Positions 47,489-57,457 of a stretch of DNA of 64,000 bases are shown one piece after another. A program made the position numbers and the translations under genes. The notes beneath the pieces are model-generated. The model did no database searches. It saw only the letters and a program-made list of their open reading frames with translations, and was not told where the DNA came from. This DNA comes from an uncultured Gammaproteobacteria bacterium. Its GTDB lineage: Bacteria; Patescibacteriota; Patescibacteriia; SG8-24; DYFX01. Each line of letters begins with the position of its first letter. The first letter of the stretch is position 1. The stretch spans positions 7,852 through 71,851 of the forward strand of contig CAZHHN010000002.1 in assembly GCA_964532415.1 (NCBI GenBank), written 5' to 3'.

Positions 47489-47899
47489 TCACCAATCGCC
47501 TTGCGGCATCCGACGGTTCCTTTTCCTTTCACCAATACGACGTTTCTTTTCCAGTCGCCTGCGCTTCTGCGACCGACTGACTTTGGTCGGCATGCGTTTC
47601 TTCTTCGGCCTGAGCGCGACTTCGACCAACTCCCGCAGCCGGCGTACGGCTGCTTCCTTGTTATGCAGCTGCGAGCGTTCGCTCTCGGCCGTCAGTACGA
47701 TTTCGTCGCGCTTGTTCAGATGCTTCCCGGCGAACGCGCGGATCAATGCCTTTTGCCCGTTCGTAAACGCCGACGAGCCGCCGACGTGCCAGCGCAGCTG
47801 CGCCTTGCTCGAGACCTTGTTGACGTTCTGCCCGCCGGGTCCGGAAGAACGGGCAAACTCAAAATGCAATTCGGATTCGGGAATGGAGGAAGCGATCAT
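47489..47899 (-). CDS. arfB: Alternative ribosome rescue factor ArfB
   Basis: RSSGPGGQNVNKV, RSQLHNK, basic tail. Confidence 0.93.
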   Translation of the reverse strand: MIASSIPESELHFEFARSSGPGGQNVNKVSSKAQLRWHVGGSSAFTNGQKALIRAFAGKHLNKRDEIVLTAESERSQLHNKEAAVRRLRELVEVALRPKKKRMPTKVSRSQKRRRLEKKRRIGERKRNRRMPQGDW

Positions 47900-47979
47900 A
47901 GTTTCGATCAGTGTACCAAAAACTCCCCGTGAGCGGAGCTTATAACGAATGGTTACGAAAAATGCTAGTGTAGAGGCAT

Positions 47980-48549
47980 ATGAAAATAACCGTTGCCATC
48001 GTCGCGGCACTACTGGCCATCGTCGGCAATGTTCCGTACCTACGGGATCTCCTTAAAAAGAAAGTGCAACCTCACCCGTATACGTGGTTTGTCTGGTCCA
48101 TTGTTTCATGCATTATTTTCTTCGGCCAGGTTGCAAAAGGCGCGGGCATCGGAGCGCTGCCGACGGCCGCATCCGAAATCTTTTCGATCATCATCTTTTT
48201 CTTCTCTCTTAAGTACGGCTTCAAGAACATCCGCAAGATCGACACGGTATTTTTCACCATCGCGCTGCTCGGCATCATTCCCTGGATTCTCAGCAAGGAC
48301 CCCACCGTATCCGTCATTATCGCGGTCGGCATCGATCTGACCGCCTTTGTCCCGACGATCCGAAAGACATCCAGGAACCCGGGGACCGAAGCCCCGATAC
48401 TCTACATCACGAATGTCCTGCGCCACATCCTGATGCTCTTTTCGCTCCAAGCATATAACATCGCGACGACGCTCCATTCAATCGCCATGATTACCACGAA
48501 CACGATCATGGCATTCCTCATTGTCGGCCACAAAAAAATGCTGAAGTAG
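47980..48549 (+). CDS. Hypothetical integral membrane protein (PQ-loop-like)
   Basis: 6-7 TM segments; PYLRD...PHPYTWFVW, PTIRKT..P.TE; lower GC. Confidence 0.85.
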   Translation: MKITVAIVAALLAIVGNVPYLRDLLKKKVQPHPYTWFVWSIVSCIIFFGQVAKGAGIGALPTAASEIFSIIIFFFSLKYGFKNIRKIDTVFFTIALLGIIPWILSKDPTVSVIIAVGIDLTAFVPTIRKTSRNPGTEAPILYITNVLRHILMLFSLQAYNIATTLHSIAMITTNTIMAFLIVGHKKMLK

Positions 48550-48593
48550 GGTGCGCAATTCAACGAACTGAATTCATCGGAACGGCGACATTC

Positions 48594-50174
48594 TCAAATC
48601 AACGCTCGGCCCGTCATATCGGCCGGCTGGGGAATGCCCAGGATTTTCAAGATCGTCGGCGTGACGTCGGAGAGCATGCCGATCGGCGGACTCAGACTCA
48701 AATCGCCCGCCACCATTTCCTGCGCCTCCCCCGCCATGCCCTCGAACGGCCGGCCGATGATCAGGAGCGGCACCGGATAGGTGGAGTGTTCCTTGTCGAT
48801 CGCGCCGGTCTGGAGGTTCACGACTTCCTCGGCGTTGCCGTGATCGGCGGTGACGATGACCGTGCCCTCTTTGGCCAACGCGGCATCGACGATCCGACCG
48901 ACGCACTGGTCGACAATTTCGGCCGCCTTGACGGTCGCCTCCAGATTGCCGGTGTGCCCGACCATGTCGCCGTTGGCGAAATTGACGGCGATCAGGTCAT
49001 AGGTGCCCTTGCCCAGCTCCTGCACGACGCGATCGGCAATATGCAGCGCCGACATCTCCGGCTGCTGATCGTAGGACGAAACCCTCGGCGACGGGATGAT
49101 GACCCGGTCCTCGCCCGGGAACGGATCTTCCCTCATACCGTTCAGGAAGAAAGTGACGTGCGCGTATTTTTCCGTTTCGGCGATGTGCAGCTGCTTCATG
49201 CCGGCGTCGGAAACGACTTTGGCCAGGCAGGTCGAAACCGGTTCGGGCGGGAAGGCGACCGAAACCGGCAGGCCCTTTTCGTATTCGGTCATGGTCACGA
49301 AGAGCAGCTCGCGCATGTAGGTGCGCGAAAACCTGTCGAAGGACGGCAGCGCGAAGGCTTTGGTGAGTTCGCGGGCGCGGTCGGGGCGGAAGTTGAAGAA
49401 GATGACGGCGTCGCCGTCCTCGATCTTGGCGACCGGGCGGCCGTGCTCGGTGATGACGGTCGGGGCGAACTCCTCGTCGAAGACCCGGGCGTCATACGAT
49501 GCGCGGATGGCCGCGAGCGGATCGTCCGACGACGCGCCGGAAACGCCATCGGCCATAGCGCGGTAGGCCGCCTCGACGCGGTCCCAGCGGTTGTCGCGGT
49601 CCATCCCGTAAAAACGTCCGGAGAGCGTGGCGATCTTTCCGACGCCGTTCTTTTTCATCCGCCCGAGGACGGTGCCGACGAAATCGATGCCGGCGTTGAA
49701 GGTCGTGTCGCGGCCGTCGAGAATGGCGTGCAAAAAGAGCTGCGTGACGCCTTCGCGGGCGGCCAAGTCGAGCAGGGCCAGCAGATGGTCGAGCGAAGCG
49801 TGCACGTTGCCGATCGAGGTCAGCCCGAGCAGATGGAGCTTCGTCCCGCGTTTCCGGACGTGCCGAATGGCGTCCATGAACGCCCCGTTCCGGAAAAATT
49901 CTCCGTTCTGGATGGAACGGTTGATGCGCGGCAGGCTCTGATAATAGACTTTGCCGGCGCCGATCGTCAGGTGGCCGACTTCGGAATTGCCCATTTCGCC
50001 CCACATCAAGCCGACCTCTTCGCCGGAAGCGAGGATCGTCATGGCGGGATAGCTGGCGGCGAACTCGCGCAGCCGCGGCGTATTCGCCAGCGCCAGCGCG
50101 TTGCCCTGATCGGGCGGCGCTACGCCCCAGCCGTCGAGAATCAGGAGCACGATCGGTTTCGTCGGTGCGGGCAT
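48594..50174 (-). CDS. gpmI: 2,3-BPG-independent phosphoglycerate mutase (copy 1)
   Basis: LDGWG, GNSEVGH, DGRD, FRPDRAR, AETEKYAHVT, DMVGHTG, ADHGN. Confidence 0.95.
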   Translation of the reverse strand: MPAPTKPIVLLILDGWGVAPPDQGNALALANTPRLREFAASYPAMTILASGEEVGLMWGEMGNSEVGHLTIGAGKVYYQSLPRINRSIQNGEFFRNGAFMDAIRHVRKRGTKLHLLGLTSIGNVHASLDHLLALLDLAAREGVTQLFLHAILDGRDTTFNAGIDFVGTVLGRMKKNGVGKIATLSGRFYGMDRDNRWDRVEAAYRAMADGVSGASSDDPLAAIRASYDARVFDEEFAPTVITEHGRPVAKIEDGDAVIFFNFRPDRARELTKAFALPSFDRFSRTYMRELLFVTMTEYEKGLPVSVAFPPEPVSTCLAKVVSDAGMKQLHIAETEKYAHVTFFLNGMREDPFPGEDRVIIPSPRVSSYDQQPEMSALHIADRVVQELGKGTYDLIAVNFANGDMVGHTGNLEATVKAAEIVDQCVGRIVDAALAKEGTVIVTADHGNAEEVVNLQTGAIDKEHSTYPVPLLIIGRPFEGMAGEAQEMVAGDLSLSPPIGMLSDVTPTILKILGIPQPADMTGRALI

Positions 50175-50216
50175 AGTCGTTTCATTCTACGGCCTCAGAG
50201 CCGATTTTTCAAATGT

Positions 50217-50242
50217 AAAAAGACCGCCGGCACAAACGGCGG
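50217..50242 (-). terminator. Terminator between the two gpmI genes
   Basis: CCGCCG-7-CGGCGG then TCTTTTT on the minus strand. Confidence 0.6.
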
Positions 50243-50259
50243 ACCGTCCGTCAAATGCG

Positions 50260-51837
50260 TCAATCGCTGAGCAGCGAGCGGCCGGTCATTTCGACCGGCG
50301 GGCGGATGCCCATGAGATCGAGAATCGTCGGCGCCACGTCGGCCAGCACACCGCGCGGCAGCTCGCGCAGGCCTTCGAGATTTCTGCCGGCCGCCAGGAA
50401 CGGCACCGGATTGACGGAGTGCTCGGTGTCGACCGCCCCGGTCGCGACATCGATCATCTCCTCGACGTTACCGTGGTCGGCGGTGATGACAAGCGTGCCA
50501 TCCAGCGCTTGGACTTCCTTCCAGATCCGGCCGATCGCCCCATCGATCGCCTCGACCGCCCTGACGGCCGCGTCGAGATTGCCGGTGTGCGCGACCATGT
50601 CGGCATTGGCGAAATTCATGGCGACGAAATGATAGAGGCCGCGCCGCAGCTTTTTGATGACCGCGGTGGCCAGATCGGGCGTGCGCATTTCGGGGGCCAT
50701 GTCGAACCGCGGAATGCGCAGCGATTCGATCTTGAGATGCTCTTCGCCGAAATGGCGGTCGTCGTAGCCGCCGTTGAAAAAGAAGGTGATGTGCGAATAC
50801 TTTTCCGACTCGGCGGCGTAGAGCTGCTTCAATCCCTTGAGCACGGCCGGCAGCGCATTCCTGATGTCGCGGGCGGGAAAGGCCGTCAGGATGTGCGGCA
50901 GGTCGGGTCCGAAATCGGTCATCGCCACGAAGCGGATGTTGCGCGGCACGCGGCGCCGAGTGAAGGCGCCCGGCACCGACGCTTCGAAATCCGGGATCAG
51001 GAACGTTTTGGAAAACTGACGGGCGCGGTCGGAACGCAGGTTGAAGAACAAGATGGCGTCGTTGTCGGCGACCGGGCCGACCGGCACGTGGTTCTGATCG
51101 ACAATGACGGTCGGCACGATGAATTCGTCCGTTTCTCCGCGGTTGTAGGCCTGGAGCAGCGCCGCCTCGGCCGACGGCGCGGAGAGACCCTCGCCTGTCA
51201 CGATGGCGTGATAGGCCAAGTCGAGCCGCGGCCAGTTTTTGTTGCGGTCCATCGGATAGAAGCGCCCCATCAGGCTGGCGATGCGCTCGCCCGGCTTGAG
51301 GCGCGCTTCGATCTCGTGGACCTGCGCGGTGGCGGCAAAGCGCGGGCCGTCGCGGCCGTCGGTGAAGAGATGCAGCCGGACGTCCCTGACGTCCTGCCGG
51401 CGGCAGAGATCGAGCAGCCCGTAGAGATGGTCCATGCTGGCGTGCGCCGAGCGTCCGGTCGACACCAATCCCATCAAGTGCGCTTTGGTGCCGTATTTTT
51501 TGACGTGGCGCAGCGCTTCGAGAAAAGCGGTGTTCTTGAAGAACGTCCCGTCTTCGATGGCGCGGCTGATCAGCACCGATTCCTGCTCGACGACCCGGCC
51601 GGCACCGAGATTCATGTGGCCGGCTTCCGAATTGCCGGGCTGATGCTTCGGCAACCCCACGTGCTGGCCGTGCGCGAACAGCTCGGCGTGCGGATAGCGT
51701 TCCCAGAGCTCCAGAAGCGCCGGCGTCCGGGCCATCAACACCGCGTTGCCCTGCAGGCCGGCCGGCGCGGAACCGAAACCGTCGCAGATGACCAGCACCA
51801 CCGGGCGCACCTTTCCTTTAGGCGTGCGGGGAGGCAT
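50260..51837 (-). CDS. gpmI: 2,3-BPG-independent phosphoglycerate mutase (copy 2)
   Basis: [43 protein letters not shown]. Confidence 0.93.
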   Translation of the reverse strand: MPPRTPKGKVRPVVLVICDGFGSAPAGLQGNAVLMARTPALLELWERYPHAELFAHGQHVGLPKHQPGNSEAGHMNLGAGRVVEQESVLISRAIEDGTFFKNTAFLEALRHVKKYGTKAHLMGLVSTGRSAHASMDHLYGLLDLCRRQDVRDVRLHLFTDGRDGPRFAATAQVHEIEARLKPGERIASLMGRFYPMDRNKNWPRLDLAYHAIVTGEGLSAPSAEAALLQAYNRGETDEFIVPTVIVDQNHVPVGPVADNDAILFFNLRSDRARQFSKTFLIPDFEASVPGAFTRRRVPRNIRFVAMTDFGPDLPHILTAFPARDIRNALPAVLKGLKQLYAAESEKYSHITFFFNGGYDDRHFGEEHLKIESLRIPRFDMAPEMRTPDLATAVIKKLRRGLYHFVAMNFANADMVAHTGNLDAAVRAVEAIDGAIGRIWKEVQALDGTLVITADHGNVEEMIDVATGAVDTEHSVNPVPFLAAGRNLEGLRELPRGVLADVAPTILDLMGIRPPVEMTGRSLLSD

Positions 51838-53089
51838 GCAGTTCGTCTTCGATTTCCATCAGGCGGTTGTACTTCACGAGCCGCTCGCTGCGCGAAAGGG
51901 AACCGGTCTTGATGAATTCGGCGTTCACCGCCACCGCCAGGTCGGCGATGGTCGTGTCGGTCGTTTCTCCGGAGCGGTGCGAAATGGCGATCCGGTAGCC
52001 GTGCGCCTGGGCCAGGCGGATAGCGTCGATCGTTTCGGAGAGCGTGCCGATCTGGTTGACCTTGACGAGAATGGCATTGGCCACGCCGCGTTCGATCCCC
52101 TTGCGCAGCCGTTCGGCATCGGTCACGAACAGATCATCGCCGACCAGCGCGATCTTCGATCCGAGCGCGGCCGTCAGTTTCTTCCAGCCGTCCCAGTCGT
52201 CCTCCGCCAGGCCGTCCTCGATCGACACGAACGGCCACTTTTTGACCAAGCCCTCCCACATCCTGATCATGCCGTCGCTGTTCAAACGGCGCCGGTCGGT
52301 GCGCAGGACATATGTTTTCTTTTTGGCGTCGTAAAACTCCGAAGTGGCCGGATCCATGCCGAAGCCGACGTCGCGGCCGGGCGCGTAACCGGCCTTGCGG
52401 ACGGCTTGGGCGATAAGCGCGAAGGCCTGGGCGTTTTTTTTCAGTTTCGGAGCGAAACCGCCTTCGTCGCCGACGCCGACCGGATAGCCCTTGGCACGCA
52501 GCAGATCGTGCAGGACATGGAAGATCTCGGAACCGCAGCGCACGCGTTCGCGGAAGGTTTTCTGCTTCGGGACGATCAGGCACTCCTGAAAATCGATGCT
52601 CCAGTCGGCATGCACGCCGCCGTTCAGGACGTTCATCATCGGAAGCGGAAGTTTCCAGCCGTCGTATTCCAGCTGGAAGACGTCGCGCAGATAGCGGTAG
52701 AGCGGGAGGCGCAGCGAAACGGCGCCGGCATGCGCGGCCGCCAGCGAAACGCCCAGGATGGCGTTGGCACCGAGGCGTTCCTTGTTGCGGGTGCCATCGA
52801 GTTCTTTGAGCTTCGCATCGAGCTTGCGCTGCTGCTGGACTTCCATGCCGGCGATGGCGGGCGCGATCACCTTTTCGACGTTGGCGACGGCCCTGAGCAC
52901 GCCCATGCCGCGATAACGCCTGCGGTCGCGGTCGCGCAACTCGAGTGCTTCATGCACGCCGGTTGAAGCGCCCGAAGGCACGGCCGCCTTGGCGACCGTG
53001 CCGTCCGAAAGCGTCATCTTCACCTCGACGGTCGGATTGCCACGCGAGTCGAGGATCTCGCGTGCCGTGGTTTCGCGGATGCCGGGCAT
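51818..53089 (-). CDS. eno: Enolase
   Basis: [35 protein letters not shown]. Confidence 0.97.
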   Translation of the reverse strand: MPGIRETTAREILDSRGNPTVEVKMTLSDGTVAKAAVPSGASTGVHEALELRDRDRRRYRGMGVLRAVANVEKVIAPAIAGMEVQQQRKLDAKLKELDGTRNKERLGANAILGVSLAAAHAGAVSLRLPLYRYLRDVFQLEYDGWKLPLPMMNVLNGGVHADWSIDFQECLIVPKQKTFRERVRCGSEIFHVLHDLLRAKGYPVGVGDEGGFAPKLKKNAQAFALIAQAVRKAGYAPGRDVGFGMDPATSEFYDAKKKTYVLRTDRRRLNSDGMIRMWEGLVKKWPFVSIEDGLAEDDWDGWKKLTAALGSKIALVGDDLFVTDAERLRKGIERGVANAILVKVNQIGTLSETIDAIRLAQAHGYRIAISHRSGETTDTTIADLAVAVNAEFIKTGSLSRSERLVKYNRLMEIEDELHASPHA

Positions 53090-53092
53090 GCT

Positions 53093-53956
53093 TCAGGGCA
53101 GGATCTCGTACTGAACCGTCACGTTAACGATGACGTCCTGCGAACCGGGCTGGACGTTCGGGGCCGCCGTCGGAGCGGCGCCACCCATGCCGACTGCCAT
53201 GTCCCGTGCATACGGGATGGGCTGCGGCACGGAAGCAGACGACTCGCTGAAACCGACGACCTTGCCAAGCCGGACGCCGGCCGCCTGAGCCAGGTCCTGC
53301 GCCCTCTTTTTGGCGGCCTCAAGACCCTTGAGCCGCGCCTGCTGGCGGAGCTCTTCAGGATCGTCGATCGTGAAGTTCACGCCGCCAACTTGGTTGGCGC
53401 CGAGACCGGCGACCGAAGCCAGAATATCGTTCAACGCGTCGAGTTTGCGCACCTTGATGTCGAGGTTCTGGCTGATCTGGTAGCCGCGCGTCACCTGGCG
53501 GCCGTTGGGATAATCGTAGGTCGGGTAGATGGAGTAATTGGTGGTCTGAATGTCCTCTTTGGCGATGTCGGACTGCTGGAGCCTGGCGACAATCGCGTTC
53601 ATCTTGGTCGAGTTTTCGGTCTGCGCTTCGGCCACGGTCCTCTTTTCGGTCTGCACGCCGATCGAAATCATGGCGATGTCCGGAAGCGCGGTGACTTTCC
53701 CCTGCGCTTCGACGGAAATCGTGTCGCGCTGGGTGGTCGGCCGTCCGATGTATTCGTACTGCTTCACGGCGTTGCGCGAGAGCAGAATCAGGTAGACGGC
53801 CGCCACGATGACGAGCAGACCGATGAAAGGCTTACGATGCCGGCGGCCCATCATGCCACCCATGCCGTTTCCGCAGCCTCCGGAGCCGCAACCGCAGCCT
53901 CCCGAACCGCAGCTCTGCGCGCCGTCCCCGCATCCGCAATGTGTATTCGTTTCCAT
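53093..53956 (-). CDS. SIMPL (DUF541) domain protein with a Cys/Gly-rich N-terminus
   Basis: TISVEAQGKV...PD.A, DIQT, GANQVGGVNF, PGSQDV.VNV.V.Y. Confidence 0.9.
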   Translation of the reverse strand: METNTHCGCGDGAQSCGSGGCGCGSGGCGNGMGGMMGRRHRKPFIGLLVIVAAVYLILLSRNAVKQYEYIGRPTTQRDTISVEAQGKVTALPDIAMISIGVQTEKRTVAEAQTENSTKMNAIVARLQQSDIAKEDIQTTNYSIYPTYDYPNGRQVTRGYQISQNLDIKVRKLDALNDILASVAGLGANQVGGVNFTIDDPEELRQQARLKGLEAAKKRAQDLAQAAGVRLGKVVGFSESSASVPQPIPYARDMAVGMGGAAPTAAPNVQPGSQDVIVNVTVQYEILP

Positions 53957-53978
53957 AGAATATGAATGAATAGCAATA

Positions 53979-55187
53979 TTAATCGAGGCGCAGCGGCTGG
54001 AGTCCCGGCAGCGCCTTCCCCTCCAGGAACTCGAGCATCGCGCCGCCGCCGGTCGAAACGTGGTCGACGCACTCCATGAGGCCGGTGCGGGCGAGCGCCG
54101 CCACCGTTTCTCCGCCGCCGACCACGCCGTAGGTCTTGCCCTTGGAACGGGCGGCGATCAGCCGGCCGAGCGCGATCGTGCCGTGGCTGAACTTCGGCTG
54201 CTCGAACCAGCCGAGCGGTCCGTTCCAGACGATCATCCGCGCGGAACGGAGATACGAGGCGTAGGCCGAGATCGTCTTCGGGCCGATGTCGAGGATCGCC
54301 TCGTGGTCACGACAGAGATCGAATGGCTCTTCCTGAAGATCGACGACCGCTGCTCTGGCTTTGGGATGCAGGGGGTCCCCGATCACGACGTCATGCGGCA
54401 GGATCAGTTTCTTGAAGTACGGATGCTTCATGAGAGAGCGCGCCGCTTCGAGATCGGCATCGCCGCAGGGCGTCGCGCCGATGCAATGGCTCATCGCCTT
54501 GTAGAATGGCGCGATCAGCGCGCCGCCGAGCAGCACGCGGTCGGAAACGGACAGCAGCTGATTGATGACGCCGATTTTCGTCGAGACCTTGGCGCCGCCC
54601 ATGACCACCACGTACGGATGCTCGGGCGCGTCCAGCACCTTTTCGAGCGCGGCGACTTCCGAAGCGAGCAGCGGACCGGCGTAGGAAGGCAGATAACGCG
54701 TGATGCCGACGATTGAAGCGGCGGCGCGATGACAGGTGCCGAAGGCCTCATCCATATAAACGTCGCCCAGACGCGAGAGCGCTTCGGAAAAATGTGAGTC
54801 GTTGGCTTCCTCCCCCGGACGGAAACGCAGGTTCTCGAGCAGGACGACCTGGCCGTCCTTCATCGCCGCCACCTCCTTTTCGACCGCCGGACCGATGCAG
54901 TCCGGAAGCTTTTCGACCGGACGGCCCAGCAGCTGTGCCAGACGCCTGGCGATCGGATCGAGTCTGAGCGAAGCCGTCTTCCTGCCTTCCGGGCGGCCGA
55001 GATGCGCTGCCAAAACCACCCGTGCGCCGGCGGTGACAAGCCGTTCAACGGTCGGAACGATCTTGCGCACGCGCCAATCCTCCTGCGGACTGACTTTGCC
55101 GCGCGCAACCGGCACGTTGAAATCGGCGCGCACCAGCACGCGCTTGCCCCTGAACGTCCTGAAATCTTCGGCAACGCGCAGCTTCAT
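53979..55187 (-). CDS. pgk: Phosphoglycerate kinase
   Basis: RADFNVP, HLGRP, LLENLRF, GGAKVSTK, WNGP.G, STGGGA.LEFLEG. Confidence 0.96.
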   Translation of the reverse strand: MKLRVAEDFRTFRGKRVLVRADFNVPVARGKVSPQEDWRVRKIVPTVERLVTAGARVVLAAHLGRPEGRKTASLRLDPIARRLAQLLGRPVEKLPDCIGPAVEKEVAAMKDGQVVLLENLRFRPGEEANDSHFSEALSRLGDVYMDEAFGTCHRAAASIVGITRYLPSYAGPLLASEVAALEKVLDAPEHPYVVVMGGAKVSTKIGVINQLLSVSDRVLLGGALIAPFYKAMSHCIGATPCGDADLEAARSLMKHPYFKKLILPHDVVIGDPLHPKARAAVVDLQEEPFDLCRDHEAILDIGPKTISAYASYLRSARMIVWNGPLGWFEQPKFSHGTIALGRLIAARSKGKTYGVVGGGETVAALARTGLMECVDHVSTGGGAMLEFLEGKALPGLQPLRLD

Positions 55188-56500
55188 AACGTGTTCCGGC
55201 GAAAAGCCGTGAGCGGCGCGCGAATCAGCTTCCAGGCGCTCCGAAACGGCAGCGTCTTCAGGAAGTAGTGGATGTCGGCCGCCAGACGCACCGGCCAGAC
55301 GATGCGGCCGCGGAAACGGAAGCCGTAGACGTCGGCCACGCCCCAGGCACCACCCATCGGCACGACGGCATGCAGCGCCGGAAACCGATAACGCGCGGCG
55401 GGCCGGTTGCGCAGGGCGTGCAGGGCGTTTTCGGCGGCGGTTTCGGCCTGGGCGATGGCGGCCTGCGCGAGTTGCGGCACCGGACGTTTGGTTTTGGGAT
55501 CGATCAGCAGAGCGCAGTCGCCGATCGCCCAAACGCGAGGCTGCCCCTGGGCCTGCAGCCTGTCGTCGACAAGAATGCGCCCGCGCGCGTCGGCGGTGAG
55601 GCCGAGCGACGGCACCACCGGATTGGCCCTGAACCCGCCGCACCAGACCAGGAGATCGGCCGTGACTTCCTTCTCGCGCTCTTTCTTGAAATCGCAGATG
55701 AGCATGTCCTGCGTTTCGCCGGGCTTGAGGGGGCGCGGCGAGAGCACGACGTGATCTTTGTGCGCGCCCTTGATGCAGGCATCGAGAATCAGCCTGATGC
55801 CGAGCCGCTCCAGCCGCTGCGCCGCCCACTTCGAAAGCTGCGGATGGAGCGCCTGGAGCGGGCGCGGCGAGGCCTCGACCAGTTCGATGGAATACGCTCC
55901 GGGAGCGAGCCGTCCGCCCCGGACCTGCGCGCGCATGAAGCGGGCGAGTTCGCAGGCGAACTCAACGCCGGTCGGCCCGGCGCCGCCGATGAGCACGCGG
56001 ATGAACGGGATCTCGTTGCGGCGTTTCATGTCGATGAGTGCGCGCAGGCGACGGTTGATGGCGATGGCCTCTCGCAGCGTGTACATCGGCAGGCTGTGCG
56101 CTTCCAAACCCTCGATGCCGTAGAAATCCGGCACGGTGCCGAGCGCCACGATCAGCGCGTCGTAGGCGAGCGCGCGGCCATCACCGAGCCGGACCGCCCG
56201 GGCGGCCGGATCGAGCCCGGTGACTTCCTCATATTCAACCTGCACGCCCTGCGATGCCAGATGCGAACGCAGGTCTTCATACGGCGTGGCCACGCCGGCT
56301 TTGAGATGCGCCTCGTCGGCTTCGCCGGTCGCGACTTCGTAGAGCCACGGGCGGTAGAGGTGGTGCGTGGCCCGGTCGACCAGGACAATCTCGATGCCGC
56401 TCCCCCTCCCCAGCCGTTTCGAAAGCGTCACGGCGGCCGTGAGACCGCCGAAGCCGGCTCCGAGAATCACAATGCGTTGGCGCTCCTGAGGCGTGTCCAT
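55184..56500 (-). CDS. NAD(P)/FAD-dependent oxidoreductase, NDH-2 family
   Basis: LGAGFGG, GGAGPTGVE, WAIGD, PQLAQAA, C-terminal amphipathic helix. Confidence 0.9.
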   Translation of the reverse strand: MDTPQERQRIVILGAGFGGLTAAVTLSKRLGRGSGIEIVLVDRATHHLYRPWLYEVATGEADEAHLKAGVATPYEDLRSHLASQGVQVEYEEVTGLDPAARAVRLGDGRALAYDALIVALGTVPDFYGIEGLEAHSLPMYTLREAIAINRRLRALIDMKRRNEIPFIRVLIGGAGPTGVEFACELARFMRAQVRGGRLAPGAYSIELVEASPRPLQALHPQLSKWAAQRLERLGIRLILDACIKGAHKDHVVLSPRPLKPGETQDMLICDFKKEREKEVTADLLVWCGGFRANPVVPSLGLTADARGRILVDDRLQAQGQPRVWAIGDCALLIDPKTKRPVPQLAQAAIAQAETAAENALHALRNRPAARYRFPALHAVVPMGGAWGVADVYGFRFRGRIVWPVRLAADIHYFLKTLPFRSAWKLIRAPLTAFRRNTL

Positions 56501-56527
56501 ATCCGCTTCAGTATACCATCTCCATGC

Positions 56528-57454
56528 TCAATACCGCACTTCGGCCAGCACAATCTCCGGCGGGCAGAAGAGGCGGGCGCGCGGGCCGGACTCCCCCGCT
56601 CCGGCGCCGATGACGAGCGGAATGCCCCGGAAATGAAAGATGCCCATGTCGTATTTCCGCCCGAGATAATGAGGCAGATTTGAGACGGATCCCAAAAGGG
56701 GCAGGCGGATCTGACCCCCGTGGGTGTGTCCGGAGAAAAAGAAGGCCGGACCCGGCCTGTTTTTCAAAAGTTCGGACGCGGGCGGCGCCAAATCGGGATT
56801 ATGCAGCATGACGATCGCCGGTTCGTCCGGTCCGATATCTTTGAACGCCAGCGCCAAATCCGTTTCTCCGTACCAATCGTCATCGACGCCGGCGATCGAG
56901 AACGAAACGCCCTCTTTTGCGAGACGCGCGGAACGGTTGAGCAGCAGCGGAATGCCGGCGGCTTCAAACCACGCCAGCGATTCATGGCGGGCTTTCCATT
57001 CGTCGTGGTTGCCGAGGATCGCGAAGACGCCGAGCGGCGAGCGCAGAGCTTTGAGTGGCGCCAGTTCCGGCAGGGCCTTTGCTTCCTTGTAAAGGAAATC
57101 TCCGCCGAGCAGGATCAGGTCCGGCTTCAGGGCGTTGGTTCTGTCAACCAGCTTCTTGACCCATGCCTCGCCTTTGTACGGGCCGACATGGATGTCGGAC
57201 AGGAACGCCACGCGCAAGACGCGCTCCCCTTCACCGAAGGCGTATCGACGGACGGTCAGTAAACGGGGCTCCACGAACGAGCCGTAGGCGACGGTCAAAA
57301 AACCGAGCGCGCCGGACAGGGCGATCGGGACATGCCCCTGCCGATATCCCCAGACGTGCAGCGCGGCAAAGAGTCCGAGCAGCAAAAAGACGGCGAGATC
57401 GAACGCCCACCAGGGAATGTCGAGTTCGAGCGGAACCGAGTACGTGCCGGGCAT
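56528..57454 (-). CDS. Membrane-anchored metallophosphoesterase (YkuE/YaeI-like)
   Basis: SDIH, GGD, GNHD, HNPD, SGHTHGGQ. Confidence 0.92.
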   Translation of the reverse strand: MPGTYSVPLELDIPWWAFDLAVFLLLGLFAALHVWGYRQGHVPIALSGALGFLTVAYGSFVEPRLLTVRRYAFGEGERVLRVAFLSDIHVGPYKGEAWVKKLVDRTNALKPDLILLGGDFLYKEAKALPELAPLKALRSPLGVFAILGNHDEWKARHESLAWFEAAGIPLLLNRSARLAKEGVSFSIAGVDDDWYGETDLALAFKDIGPDEPAIVMLHNPDLAPPASELLKNRPGPAFFFSGHTHGGQIRLPLLGSVSNLPHYLGRKYDMGIFHFRGIPLVIGAGAGESGPRARLFCPPEIVLAEVRY

Positions 57455-57457
57455 CGT

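Noticed and set aside
55188-55829. Apparent 616-aa PGK fusion
   Set aside because: The extension is an alternate frame of the ndh gene; PGK starts at 55187.
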